A DNA stretch of 64,000 nucleotides, from contig JAYWIR010000020.1 in assembly GCA_036172245.1 (NCBI GenBank), forward strand, positions 1,860,001-1,924,000, read 5' to 3'. The translations under genes were made by a program, and so were the position numbers. Below, piece after piece: positions 23,606 through 35,800 of this stretch. The notes under the pieces were generated by a model. It worked only from the letters and a program-made list of their open reading frames with translations. It did no database searches and had not been told where the DNA came from. The number at the start of each line of letters is the position of its first letter. Position 1 is the first letter of the stretch. The stretch comes from Raillietiella orientalis (Eukaryota).

Positions 23606-26429
23606 GTTCAGTTCCTGGAAGTTTAGGGTTCTATCTCGGGTCGTGCAGATGAGCCGCCGTCCCCTCCCCCACCATTTGCTCCCGAGGGGTGTACCCCCTC
23701 CATCTCCATCTCCGTGGAGCTGGTAAATGCCTCCCCAGAGTGCTGATGCTGCTCTTGTGGAAGGAGGGTCTCCCTGGTGCAGATCATGCAGCCAGGGTGG
23801 GAACCAGCTGGCGATCCGCTTCCCTCGCACCTGCCCATTTTCATCAGGGCTCGAATCTTCCGTCACTCCTTGATTGATTGACTGTGCGAAAACGCGCAGA
23901 TGCGGGCATCAGCACATGACGGGACTTTCCTGCGGCGCGTTGCGAAGCAACCGGCTTATGGAAACTGAAAGTGGGGGGAAGATGGAGGAGGAGGAGGTTG
24001 AACGCGCGTGAGTTGCTGCTGCGAGCCTGCTCTGGACCGCCAGCTGGAACGGCAGTAGCGGCGGCTGCTGCTGCTGCTGCAAGCGCATTCCTCCCGAACC
24101 CTTCCTTCCTCGCGGAAATCTTCGGTTGCCGCAGCCCCTCGAGTAGGGGGCTTTCTCGTCCCTGCGACGACGTCCTTCGCCTCCCCCCTCCTCCTTTCCC
24201 TTCTGTCTCGGTTCCCGGTTCCCGAGACGACGAGGAAGGAGGAAGTGAAAGCAGAGACACACGCCAGACGGGAAGCAGGATCGCTTTCCGCATCACCACT
24301 TGGCAGGCCGAAATCCTCGATCCCCATGGCAACCTTCCATGCAACCAAGAAACCGACGGGGAGTCTCCCGAACCCGGGAAGCGGCTGCGCTCTCCAGGTG
24401 CTTCCCAAGCGGAAACATGTGCGCCTCCACGTGGAGACTTCCACGATTCCGGCAAGAAATTCTCCCCAAAGACCATAGTTCCCTCCCTTTGCAAGCCCTC
24501 CGGGATGCAACGCGGGAGTTCGGAACCCAGCGCCCGTTGCTAGGAAGGGGGGGGGGGGGGGGGCGCCGCGTTCTCTCGAGGCCACCTTCGGTCCGAAAGT
24601 GCGCACCTTTCCGCAGGTGAAATCCGCCCCTGGAGGACGGCGGCTCGTAGCTTCCTTCGCTCCCTCGAACTGCACCCCTTCTTTTGCTTGCGATCTCTTG
24701 CGAGGGGACGCGTTCGCTTCGCCGCCGTGCGAGATCCCAGAGCGCGGCCACTGCTGGCCTAGAGTGGTAGCTCAGCGGGCGTTGCTCACACACACACGGA
24801 CGAATATGTTTGTCATACGCACACGCACGCACACACAGAAATAGGTTCGTCACACACACATACCCTCAATAGTTCGTCCTCTGGAGAATCGCACGAAGAA
24901 TCGTTTACTCGTGGTAGTGCCCACCAGGTTACGGAGGCACGCGATGGCACGTGCTTAGCAGAAAACGGGAGATGCACGCATCGGACTCGGGTCCGGGTGA
25001 AGGAAACCGAGCCGAAAAGAAGGAAACCTGTGACGGCGTCCTTGAAAAGTCCTCTCATCCGGAGAGAGCTCGGATGAAAACGATCTGCAGCCATCTCTTC
25101 GAGCTGCCTGCCATGCCGCCGCCCGGGGGCAGTGAGGTTTTTTTCCCGGTTACGCCAAGGAGCTCATTTCATAAAAGAGAAACCAGTTGGGAACACGCTG
25201 GTTCCCAACCGAAGACAAAAGAAGTTCAAGGGGTGGTCCACCGACAGATAGGCCGGGATATCCGAAAGCCCGGAAAGAAGAAGGGATGAGGACGACAACA
25301 ACAACAAGGGAAATCCGAGGTATTGCGGCAGTGAGGCTGCTGCGCGTTCAGGTGCGTGCCGAAGGTGCCGTAGGAAGCACGGCCGAGAAAGGAACTTCCG
25401 CTTGATTCCGCCTGAACCCCCAAAGGAATCCTCCATCCCTCGTTGTCTCCGATCTCCACCCGGACACCCGGGGTGTTCATCAATGTTCAAAACAAACTAG
25501 CAAATTGTAGTAGGGCACGTGGTCCAACCACGCACACTTTGTCCATGGACCTGCCGGGGCGCCGATCCGGCGACCGGCGAGGTTCATCTCAGTAGCGCAG
25601 GGGAAGGGGAAAACGAAAAGAAAAACAAAATAAAAAATAAACGAGAACACTGCGGAGGGCCGGGAAAGGATCGCCGTCCACTGAAGAAAGCCTTCTGCAT
25701 CCTATTCCGTGTGATGTCGGTCAATTCCATCGGTCTGGCTCCCAGTGAGACCATCTGGCCGCTGCCCGCAGAAAGCGGACTGCGTGCTCGACGGCGTCCC
25801 TTTCGTCCCTTTAGCGTCGCTCCAGGCCACCACAATCCCGCGGAGGCAGCGAAGAGCTGCTAGGGCTGCGACCGACGGAAAGGCATCCCCTCCTGCACGA
25901 AGAGGACCCGTAAAACGTGCCTGTGGTTGCCAACCGGGATCCGCAGGGTGGTCGTTCCAGAACGTTCCCATATGGACCGGAGGGCAACGACACAGTCCGC
26001 CAGCACGTGCAAGAGGGGGGATTCCCGTTCCCCGCACCTGCGACAGTCCCCCTAGTCACTGCTCCCCTCCCACCCCTAGGCCCCAGTGGTGTCGGCGGGA
26101 GTTGCAAGGAAGATCCCAGTGCAACAGAAAGAGTGACGAATCCCTCTACTTCAGGAAGAAGAGTGCTGCTGTTGTCGAGTGCCGGGGGCCTCCCGGTCTC
26201 TGCTGGGGATACTGAGTAGCTCATCTTAACGCTGTGATCCTCGTGGAAGGGCACTCGGGGTCTCTGCAGCCCATGGCCAGCTGCCCCATGGTCCAACCAC
26301 CCATCTCCTTCCTTACGCCTACGATCTCTCAGGAGACTTCCCACCTTTCGAGCGGTTGGCCCTGCCAGATGCCCTCCTCAGGAAGGGAGTCGTTGCACCG
26401 ATTGGGGGGATCCGCTCCGACCCCGCGCT

Positions 26430-26900
26430 CCTGCTGGGACACCGAAAGAACCGTCCGCCTGGAGGCTCACGGAGCTCTTTGACACCGTCCACCACAGCCC
26501 GAAGGTGCATGTCAACTCTTCAGGATAGGGGTATTCCGGAAGGGGACCACCCCATAAATCTGGGAAGACTCCGGAGGAAGGAGTCCTTCCCTATTGTGCT
26601 TGGGAGGGAACCTTCGCCTTGGTTGCCTTCGACGGGAGCCTCGAAGGAAAGAATGTCTTCCTTTTTCTCTCCTGTAGGACCCGCCGGTAAAGATCCGCTC
26701 CTGGCTTCCACCAGCGCCTCACCCGAATACGCCAACCATCTTCATCCCGCAGGGGGGGAGGCAAAACCCACGACGCATCCCTCCCCATTCCTCGGCGTTC
26801 CGATCCTTCCCTGGGCGGGATTCGAGCCCGCGATACCTTGGTGCTACTAGGCGCACGGAGAGACCGTAGCCACGCGGCCGCCAACGGGGCGTGTGGCTCA
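26430..26900 (-). mobile_element. tRNA-derived SINE-like repeat, copy D
   Basis: The reverse complement reads ...tagcaccaaggtatcgcgGGCTCGAATCCcgcccagggaaggatcggaacgccgaggaatgggg... and later cttcccagatttatggggtggtc...tgaagagttg...gcaccttcggg...ggacggtgtcaaagagct. Confidence 0.68.
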
Positions 26901-29900
26901 CAGGAGAGCGCAGATGCTGCAGATCACAAATGGAGGACTTGGAGCTCCAGTTTATCGTTTCCTTCGGCTGCAACCCCTCCCCCGCTTAAGCGCATCAAAA
27001 GAATGGAGTCGTTCTGTGGATCCGCGTATGTGGAGGTGCTGCGCAACGAAGAGTCCGCAGGAAGCCTGGAGATTCGCCTCCTCGCTCGCCGCCCGGGGCC
27101 AAGGCAGCGGGAGCAGGAGACGATCGCTGGGAACGGGGAGGCTCAGGTCGAAGTTTTCACTTCGAGCGGGAGCCAAATCCGCGTCAGGGGTGCCGCCACC
27201 TTTTTCCTTATTGTTTTTTTTTTTTTTTTTTTGAAGGAGGGGCGAGCAGCGAAAACAACCGCCCGCACGCATTCCCGGGATCTGAGACGCGCATCCAAGT
27301 GAGCGACGGGGATTCTGGTACATGCCGCGATTAAGAATAAATAACCAGCGCATCGGCTGCTCCCAGAGCGGAAGAGAACCAAACCAAACAAAGGAAAACA
27401 CACACACATACACACACACACATACACACGTTCCAAGAAACGCCTCGTCGGTGCTCGATGGCGGTGGCGGAGAGAAGCAGCTCCAAGCTACATACGTAGA
27501 TGGGAACACGGACTAATCGACAGGTGGGTGGTGGGGAACCTGCTTTGAGGAATTCAACTAGGATCTCCTGTGAGCCCCTGCGCCCATGGACGTGTACATA
27601 TGCCCCGGTATCCTTGAAGGCGTCCTGCAGGCACATCCATCCATTCCGACTGAGAAGTGTCTGAGAACTCTCCTCTGCCTTTGCTATCCGATGGTGTCTC
27701 TTGTGAGGAATCATTTTTCCAAGATCGAGATTTATGCACGCGCGTGCTTGATTCCCATCTTTCGACGGAGCTCCACCGTGATATCACTGAGGCAAGCACC
27801 TCCTGGAAAATATTCCTGAAAGTTCCCATTCCTGAGAAACATCCTCTTTACCCGGAAGCTTGGAGTTTATTGAGGAAATTCTTCTGGAGTATTAACGTCT
27901 GTATAAGAATGATCCCAGCATCCTCAGCAACCATCGCATTGACGCCAGTCTTCTCCATCACGAGGGAAAAGATTTCTTCGAAATTCCACTCATCTTCCCA
28001 TAAACCCTTCCCAAGATTTAATTTACTTTTTCCTTCTTCATTGCTATTATTATTATTATCATTATCATTAGGAGCTTTAAATAAGGGCACAATTTTCTCT
28101 TTGCGGGTCATCAATATTCCGCTCGTTTGTAATGTCATTAATACATTCCATTATGAAAATTTTTTTTGACTGCTTCACTCCCCCCTCCTCCATTATCTTA
28201 CAAACACATAAAGGAGCTCCTCATATGTTCTTGCACACATGCGTCAATACTCTGGATGCAAAGCTGCAAAGCTCTTCACACAAGTTAATTATAGGTAGGT
28301 CGAGTCATATGCCACAGTTGAGACGATGGAATCCCAGACGAAATGCACTCTTCTGCTCCCCGGCTGGCTTGAGAAAACGGAGTTCGTGCCATCCCTGTCT
28401 TGGAGAAACTGTAAGAATGTGAATTCTTCCATGCTTCGGATCAGCTAATGAACTGACTTCGGTCGGGATGGGGATACAAGTGAGATGCAACGGATGCTGA
28501 CGGGGGCAGTCATTCAAACCGCTTGATTTTCCAAACATTTCAGTATGATCTGCTCCGAAGGCAATTATTCCTGCTCTTCTGTTAACTCGTGAGGATGCAT
28601 TTGGTAGTGCGGATGGGAGCTTTCAGTTGGTAGAACGTGGCGGAGTGCAAAACACGCACGCACACGACTCTAGAAAACCCAGTCCAGGAGAAAGTGTTGC
28701 ACGTGGTAGGGAGGCCCTTCTGCACGTTGGGCACTGATTTAAGTTGTCCAGAAGAACTGCACTTGTTCAACCCTTTGAGTGCTATGGACGCATACGTGTG
28801 TTCGGCGGAAATCATCGACGTGGACTATGGACGTGTGGATGCGTTCGGCAAATGTTTTTATTTCATACTCGCCACATAAGTTGACACGTTTGAGAGGGAC
28901 GCAGGCACCCACGTTCTTATCATTCCCTTAGCAACGACAGTAAACAAAATTCTATTTATATCGGCTGACTGTTGCCGGTTCTTCTGTCAGTGCGGCAGAG
29001 AATTCATTGCAGTTTTCCATCTTTGTGATACCTCAGAGAGGTGAATGAATTGTCGGTTTGTTCGAATCGTAATCATAGTTTTCAAATAAATAACATATGC
29101 TTGGAAAAAACGCAAATGTTTTGTTAAGAGTGGTGTAAATAAACAATTACAATAGTGACTTGAATCAGCACTTTATGTGGTCAATCGGTACCTCGATGGA
29201 GCACGTGAAAACGCATTCCGTCCACAAGGATGGCCACTACGGCTCGCGTGCCATCAACACGGAATGTTTCAATGAGCTCCGCACACGAAATGGTTAATGA
29301 GGAAATTGCTTCCACAGGTTTGAAACAGAGGAACCGCTTGGAAACCCTACTCAATGGCACCAACAATAAAACCAGGGATACCAGAGCAAAAACTCTTCGC
29401 GTGGCTGCAGAGCAAAAGGAAAGCTGACTTGCTTCGTTGTCGTTTATTATGATGTGACCCGAATACACGAAACTATCTAGGATGAGAAGCTTAGCCGCGG
29501 AGCAATCTTTAGTCCAGAGGACCAAGTGAATCAGGCAAGAGAATCCGGAGAAATCTGAAATTTACTCAGCCGTGCAACCTTGCTAACGATAGCTCCCTCT
29601 GTTTGGAGTTTCCTTGGTTTCACCTCAGAGCCGGATTCTTGTCTTTCAGGAGAAATTCAGTGGTTCTGATCCAGCCGGCAGGCGAATCTAGTCACTCAGA
29701 ATAGGGTGCTCAAAGAGAGCTCCACGGTAAGGGAGGCGCTCTGCCATGCTAATTTGTGAAAACCCCGACCGAAAATAAGGAAACACTGCAGATCTTGGTC
29801 CTCTGTATCAGGAACCCTGGAAACACGATTCCCATTCACTTCAAGAAATGCATTATTCGATCTGATTCGGGAAACTGGAACAAAGAAGCAGCAAGATAAA

Positions 29901-30548
29901 ACGAAAGTAATACTGAAAAATGAATTCATGCAGAAAACTTCAGCCGGTACCGATATGCTAGCAGGAAACAGGGGAGGAAGAGATTCCAGCTTCGAGATTA
30001 GAAAATAGAAGAGCAAGGCTGTGCGGAAGAAAGCTTCTGCAGCTGGAGCTGGGACATAATTATCCCCAATCGATTTTCACTTTTGAGATGGAACCAATAC
30101 TCAAGAGTATCATCTCAAATTAGAATGAGAGCCCCAAACTGGAGGAAGGACCGGGGGATGCTGGGAATTAATTCTTGGAAGTTTCTGAAACAAACCTCAA
30201 GCGTAAAAAAAAAAAAAAAAAAACAGCAGCAGTTCGTGCGCTTGTGGTTTCCGTGGTTGCTTCTAACAAGGTGACATGGGAACAGCTATCGAGCAGCGCG
30301 CATCAGAGCAAACAAAGAGGGTTTGCGCGAATCTCTAGAATGACTTCTTGTCCACATTTAGAAGTCTTGAAGACAACAACAACAACAACCAGAGAACTGG
30401 GAATTCGTCCAGTTGGCGTAAGCGTTCGAGATGACGACATCCTCAACTTCGTTTTTGCTGCTTTCCACTCCATCTAGCTTCACCCTCCCTCCTCTACTCT
30501 CAATTTTCTCCAAGAGAGGAGGGATGTCGTATAAGTACTCAAGAACGG

Positions 30549-30920
30549 TTGCTTCACCCCCTAGGGCATCGGAGTGGCTTGACAACCTCTGTCACTGTCA
30601 TGCGCCCACCCAAGGTGCGCGGAAGTGGGAAGAGAAGACCTCGAAGGGACGGGCGGCCCGATTCCACTATCCGGAAACTGAGAAGTCAACGGGACACCAG
30701 ACTGGCCGCTGACGCAACAGGGGTCCTACCGGTGCGCACCCCAAGCCTGAGTAATCTTCCCAGAGTCATCTTGCGGGGAAACTCGAAACCCACGGCGCCT
30801 CCAGCCCCGCATCTTCTATGTGGGCGTTCAAACCCACATGGAGCACGCGGACGTCGCGTGGCCTCATGGCTGCCAGCGGGCGAGTAGTGGACGTGGTTGA
30901 CCTATCAATCGTAGCCTTTT
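30549..30920 (+). mobile_element. Decayed APE-like endonuclease fragment of a non-LTR retrotransposon
   Basis: Translation VILRGNS...HLLCGRSNPHGARGRRVASWL...VVDLSIV resembles the LINE endonuclease motifs (I/V)IxGDFN, HxxWGS...RGRxL..W and IDL. Stops and frameshifts are present. Confidence 0.4.
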
Positions 30921-32414
30921 GAGCAGCTGATGCCGAAGAGCCACAAACTTGCCGGTGGAGGATCTGTTCCAGATGAAGCGTGGAAGGAAGGCTGAAGAGA
31001 TTTCAGCAGCAGCTGGCAGCGGCAGGGAAAAGAAGTCAGAAGTGAAATGATATCCACTCCGTGGATTTTGGTAATCTCAAGCGTCTGGAAAAAGGCGCCC
31101 TGGACAGTGTGGGCGGGTTGGGCAGACCCGGTTTAACCCTCTCAGTGCGGGCGAAGAGAGAACTGCGGAGTCGGAAAGGCGACCGACCGGAAGCGACCCT
31201 TATCGCTCAGTCACAGAAAAAAAAAAAAAGAAGAAGAAATCTTGTGAAAGTCCATTTGACGGACAGACGGATTCCCATGCTCCAGAACTCCATTCTCTGC
31301 AAGAAGACATGCCAGAGATCCTTGAGCCGGTGGAGAGGGAGGGGCGGAAACTTTGGAGATTCAGAATATGCAGAGAAGAGGCTCGCTGGAAGCTGGAGAT
31401 GAGGATAGCAATCGAACCTACATCGAGAATGAAGCTTCCGAAAAATTCCTCCTCTTGCCGAAGGAAGATGGCTGCGGTGGGTCCGCAGCGCAGCCTCGTT
31501 GCCACGAGAACCCCGGACGCAGTTAGGTTAAGAGGTTAAGAGAGAATTTGCATTTCGAGAAGGCTCCACGAGAGCATTCAGGGAAACACAGGGAGGTATT
31601 CGGGGGAACAGATGAAATATGGAAAGGAACTTTCGGCTGGCTGGATTTTCGAAAATTCATTCGATACAGTGAAAGATCTTCTGAGCGGTTGCTAGACAGC
31701 GATCGGGAAACGAAATGCAACTGTGAGACTGGGGAGGAGAGAAAACTCAGGCTGATCGGGGCAGACCAAGCGAATCCGATCAACCTCCCACGGAAAGAAC
31801 AGTCCAGGGAGGCCGGCTGCCGTCACGGGCACGGCAAGCGACCTTGTCCACAGTCCGTGAGAAACGGCCGGTTCGCGGCAGCCCAGTCAACCCAGCCGGC
31901 AACACAGCTGAGGATCTTGCGGTGGCTTCTCTTCATCCTGCAGTTCTCTCTCCCTTAGATTGGAGCTGCGTTCGTGTCTGTGGAAAGTGATGCACGTTTT
32001 TGGCTTGGCAACAGACACGTTTACCAACTTCGCAGATTCGTCCAATTCCTCCCCGTCTTCTCCTTCTCCTTCCTGGACACTTCGAAGCTGCGCCCGATTT
32101 TCAGAGAGGCCGTCTTAGAGCAGCACCAGGAGGAACACGTTGGAATCGCTGCTCTGCATCGTCGGTCTTCCGGGAGCGGCGGCGGGGGCGGCGGCGATGG
32201 CCCGCAACGCTCCCTGCCAACAGGCCATTGGCAGCCCCGGAAGCAGAGTGCTCTGCATCCGCCTTCCCATTCTGTCAGACCACTTTCCGGAAGGCAGCCA
32301 CCGACTGTTGGCGGTGGAGAACTTCCTCTCCGCATCGAGAATCCCCCCTCCCCATGTGGTTGCTTCGGCAGGTGGGTTGTTACGCGCCCCTCAGAGGATT
32401 TCGACTTCTGTGGC

Positions 32415-32860
32415 CACCGTTCTGGCCGGTGGTACCAGACATTGCTCAGAGGATGGTGGCGGCGGGAGCAATGGGTGTGTCGTGGATTCCGGGCCCCGCC
32501 GCAGGATGGAGCTTCGACACTGGAGTAAGCCGGGTAACCCCGTTGAGCAGCCGGGATTAGAAGTCAACTCTCCAGGGTCCTTCCAGGACATCGAGGAGTC
32601 CTCTGGGGTTCCCTCCTGTGGATAAATTCAGGAGCTCCTCCGGGGACTCCTTCGGAGAGAACGAGGAAAAGCTTCCCCTCTGGATTCTTCCTAGAGTGCG
32701 TAAGAAGAACGAATCTCCTTCCTCCACAGGCTTTCCTGGATTCATAGGGTAGGTCCTTCCGGGGTCACCTTCCGATAGCTTGAAGACTCTCGCGCACCCT
32801 CGGGTGGCGTGGACGGTGTGAAAGCTTTTCGTGAGTCCTTTAGGCAAACGGTTCTTGAGT
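32415..32860 (+). mobile_element. tRNA-derived SINE-like repeat, copy E (B-box region lost)
   Basis: agaagtcaactctccagggtccttccaggaca...tttcctggattcatagggtaggtc...ttgaagactctcgcgcaccctcgggtggcgtggacggtgtgaaagc matches the 3' body of copies A, B and D. Confidence 0.68.
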
Positions 32861-35800
32861 ACTTAGAGAAAGCCCTATCCATATAATAGGGTCACTCGAC
32901 TCACTATGTCTTGTGGCCTCTGGTTCCTGCCACAAAACCGGCCTCATCTGCTGCGATCAGAGCCGCATCATCACAGCCCCCCTCGAAAAGTCTTTCTGTA
33001 CCGTAGGGGCCGTTTGGGTAGCGCACACGTGGCAGACCTTGAGAGAAAGCAGCAGCGGACACTGCAGCTCTCCCGCAGTCCGGGACACGGATTTCATTTC
33101 AGTTCGCCTAGGGGAGTGACCTTTCCTTAGGGCTCTGATCGGTGTGCGGCAGCCACCATTTTCAGGCAGGCACCTTCCGAGTGAGCTGGAAAGAAGCTGC
33201 AGTCTGCATCACGTGGTTTTCGAAGCTATAGAAAGAGAGAGAAGAAAAATCCTCGCGGGACGTGCAGAATCTCTTCATCGGTTTACCCGTAAAGGCGCTC
33301 TTCGACTGCGCTGGATCCTCAGGCATCAGAATCGCAGGAAGAAGGTTCCTCAGCACGTGCTGACTGAGCGCGCAGCAAAACAACCGCGACCCTTGCGAAG
33401 AAGCTGCAATCTGCATCACGCTCTGTAGCATTCCAGGGAGCTTGGTGGCGGCGGCGGCGTCCGTCCCCAGAGAGCGGAAGGAACGCCCCGGCACGCATGA
33501 CCTGCCCCTCCGACGGCGGAGGCGCGTCAGCATCGGCGCTCCCTACCAGGACGGATGTTTCCGCCTCAAGAGGCGTCCCGGCCGTCTTCTGGCGGATGGC
33601 GACTTCGTCCCGTTCGGCGAGGAACACGCTCGACCCTGCGCTTCCCTCCGCACTGAGCAAGGATTCGCCATGGAAACGATCGTCGCCCATCGGCAGGACC
33701 GGTTGGGACGTGGGTCTTCCACGTCTCCAGGGAGTGTCTATTCCCCGCCGCTGGTGCTTGGCGCAGTTCCAAACCAGATGCAGGCAGCCTCGAGCGTGGC
33801 TGGATCTGGGAAGGGATACTTGGATGCCCTGCAGGGGGAGGCGAGGCTGAATGACCCGAGGAAGTGGCCTCCTTCCCTGTGTGCCAGTGCACTACGTGCT
33901 TCCGCTGGTACGATGGAAGAGGCTCTGAAGAGCGTGCAGGGAAACCGGCACGACGCGTTCCCCTTTCGACATGTTCGTGATTCTCGCTTTTGGGGACTTC
34001 CGGATCCTCCTTCGTTTCCTGTGAAACTCCGGAACCACCGGCTGCTCGTTCCTTGGAAAACGTCGAGGCGATTCGTCCTTCCTTCCGGTTTGGAACAGTG
34101 GGACGCCCCCATCACGAAATTTAACAAAGCAAAAGAGGCTCTTCGTAGAATTCCAGAGACAGGTTTGGTCACCGGTGGCCGCGTTGTGGTGGCTCCGGAG
34201 GAAACCATGCCGAGCCAGGGGCCAACGATTTCGTGTCGTATCTGACACCGGAAAGGGATGATACGTCGAGAGGCGGGAGAGGTTGCTGCCATCCAAGAGG
34301 AGCAAGGAGGAGACGAAGCCGCTCGGCGACGAACCAACAGCTGCAAGCAGCCTTGTCCTCTCTTTCACGGAGTTGCGCGCGCATCTCTGAGAACTGTGGA
34401 AACGCTTCGAAGTCTCTCGCCCTCCATCGAAGAGACGCTTCAGCTCTGACCGTTTCTCCTTCGCACAAAGATCACTCACTGAAACCACAGACCCTCTTTT
34501 GGTTTGTTGCTTCATGAGGAGCCTTTGATCGGGCCGGTTGGCTGCCGCGCGGTCGTGACCGCTTCCTCCAAGGAGAAAACGCTTTCCCGTCGTCTGCAAG
34601 CATGCCTGTATGATGATGGTGTTTCCTGCCGAAACGTAGGTTGGGTCTCGTGACCTAATTCTCCGATACCGCTTTCCCCGTCGGAGACGCCAGACATCAT
34701 TCGATCTTTGCGCGTTCTCGCCAGGTCGTCCCCCTAGGCAAAATGTGCGGGGTTTCTCCGCAGGGGAAGTCAACTCGTAGGGGATCGAAAAGTGCCGGGG
34801 GTGATGGCAGGAGCTGAAGTCGTAATGCTCTCGGTTCCATCTCCGTCCCTGATTGAACCGGAGTTGCTGCTGCTACTGCTGCTTTCTTCCTGTGATGTTC
34901 CCCAGCGCAGTTTGCCTCCCGACGCAGAGAAAACGCTGTTGCCAAGCAGCGCTGGCACTTGGCTGCCTCAGTTCCGCTCCCTCGTCCACGAAACCGTAAC
35001 GCCTGTCCGTGTGTTTTTTGCCCAACTATCTTACTGGAGGCAGGGACGCAATTTCGTGCTTTCCTGTTCTCCAGAATTCCCCAGACGCTGCAGACAGTTA
35101 GAGATGTGCCTCACGCTTTCTCTGCCTCGGCATTCTGAAGTCCTTGCACTTTCTTTTTTTTTTTTTAACTTTTCCGCAAGTCCCCATGCAGCCCCAAACA
35201 TCCTGGACCTTAAGGCGGAGTGAAGCTATTCCAGAAAACTCACTCTTCTGTCTTCATGGCTTTTCCACTCCCTGCAGAGGATTTAGTGAAGCCTTAGCAA
35301 CCAAAATTTCCACCTCTCAGTTTCCAGCAATTATTGGACCTGCAAGACGAGTGCCAAAGTCAGCTCCTCGGCAGAAATAATAACTACAGCGGCATGAATA
35401 AATGACCTTTCAAGCTCAGCAGGCTTAGCTGACATCAAAAGTTCACGTTCCTCCGTTGCCACCGAGCCAGTCCTGCGTGCATTCGTTTCTTCGCGAGTCA
35501 GACGGAGGAAAAAATGAAATTTGCCCTTTTTCGATTCACAAAGCTCTACGGCAAAAACGTCAGGAAGGAGCACACGGACTGGAAGGCATCCCTGTCAAAA
35601 ATCCGGTACGGAGCAAGACGAACGAAGCTCAGGAACCGAGGAACCTGGCATTCCAGTTGCCTCTCTTGAAGCAATCGAGTACGTTAAGGAGCCGAGTTAC
35701 TCCATTTCAGATACTACCTATTTGAAAATCCTGCCTCCATTTCTGAGTGGGAAACCAAGGTACCGACCAGAGCGTCCAATTTCATTGGAGAGGTGCTGAG

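Noticed and set aside
69..27300. Numerous long overlapping ORFs (e.g. 3887..5485-, 8832..10343-, 10315..12075+)
   Set aside because: They are Arg/Gly/Pro/Ala-rich, open in several frames on both strands and have no recognisable domains, as expected from stop-codon scarcity in very GC-rich DNA.
27550..28900. Protein-like ORF fragments at the GC transition (27657..28169+, 27848..28138-)
   Set aside because: No recognisable motifs or consistent splice model; possibly decayed TE sequence.
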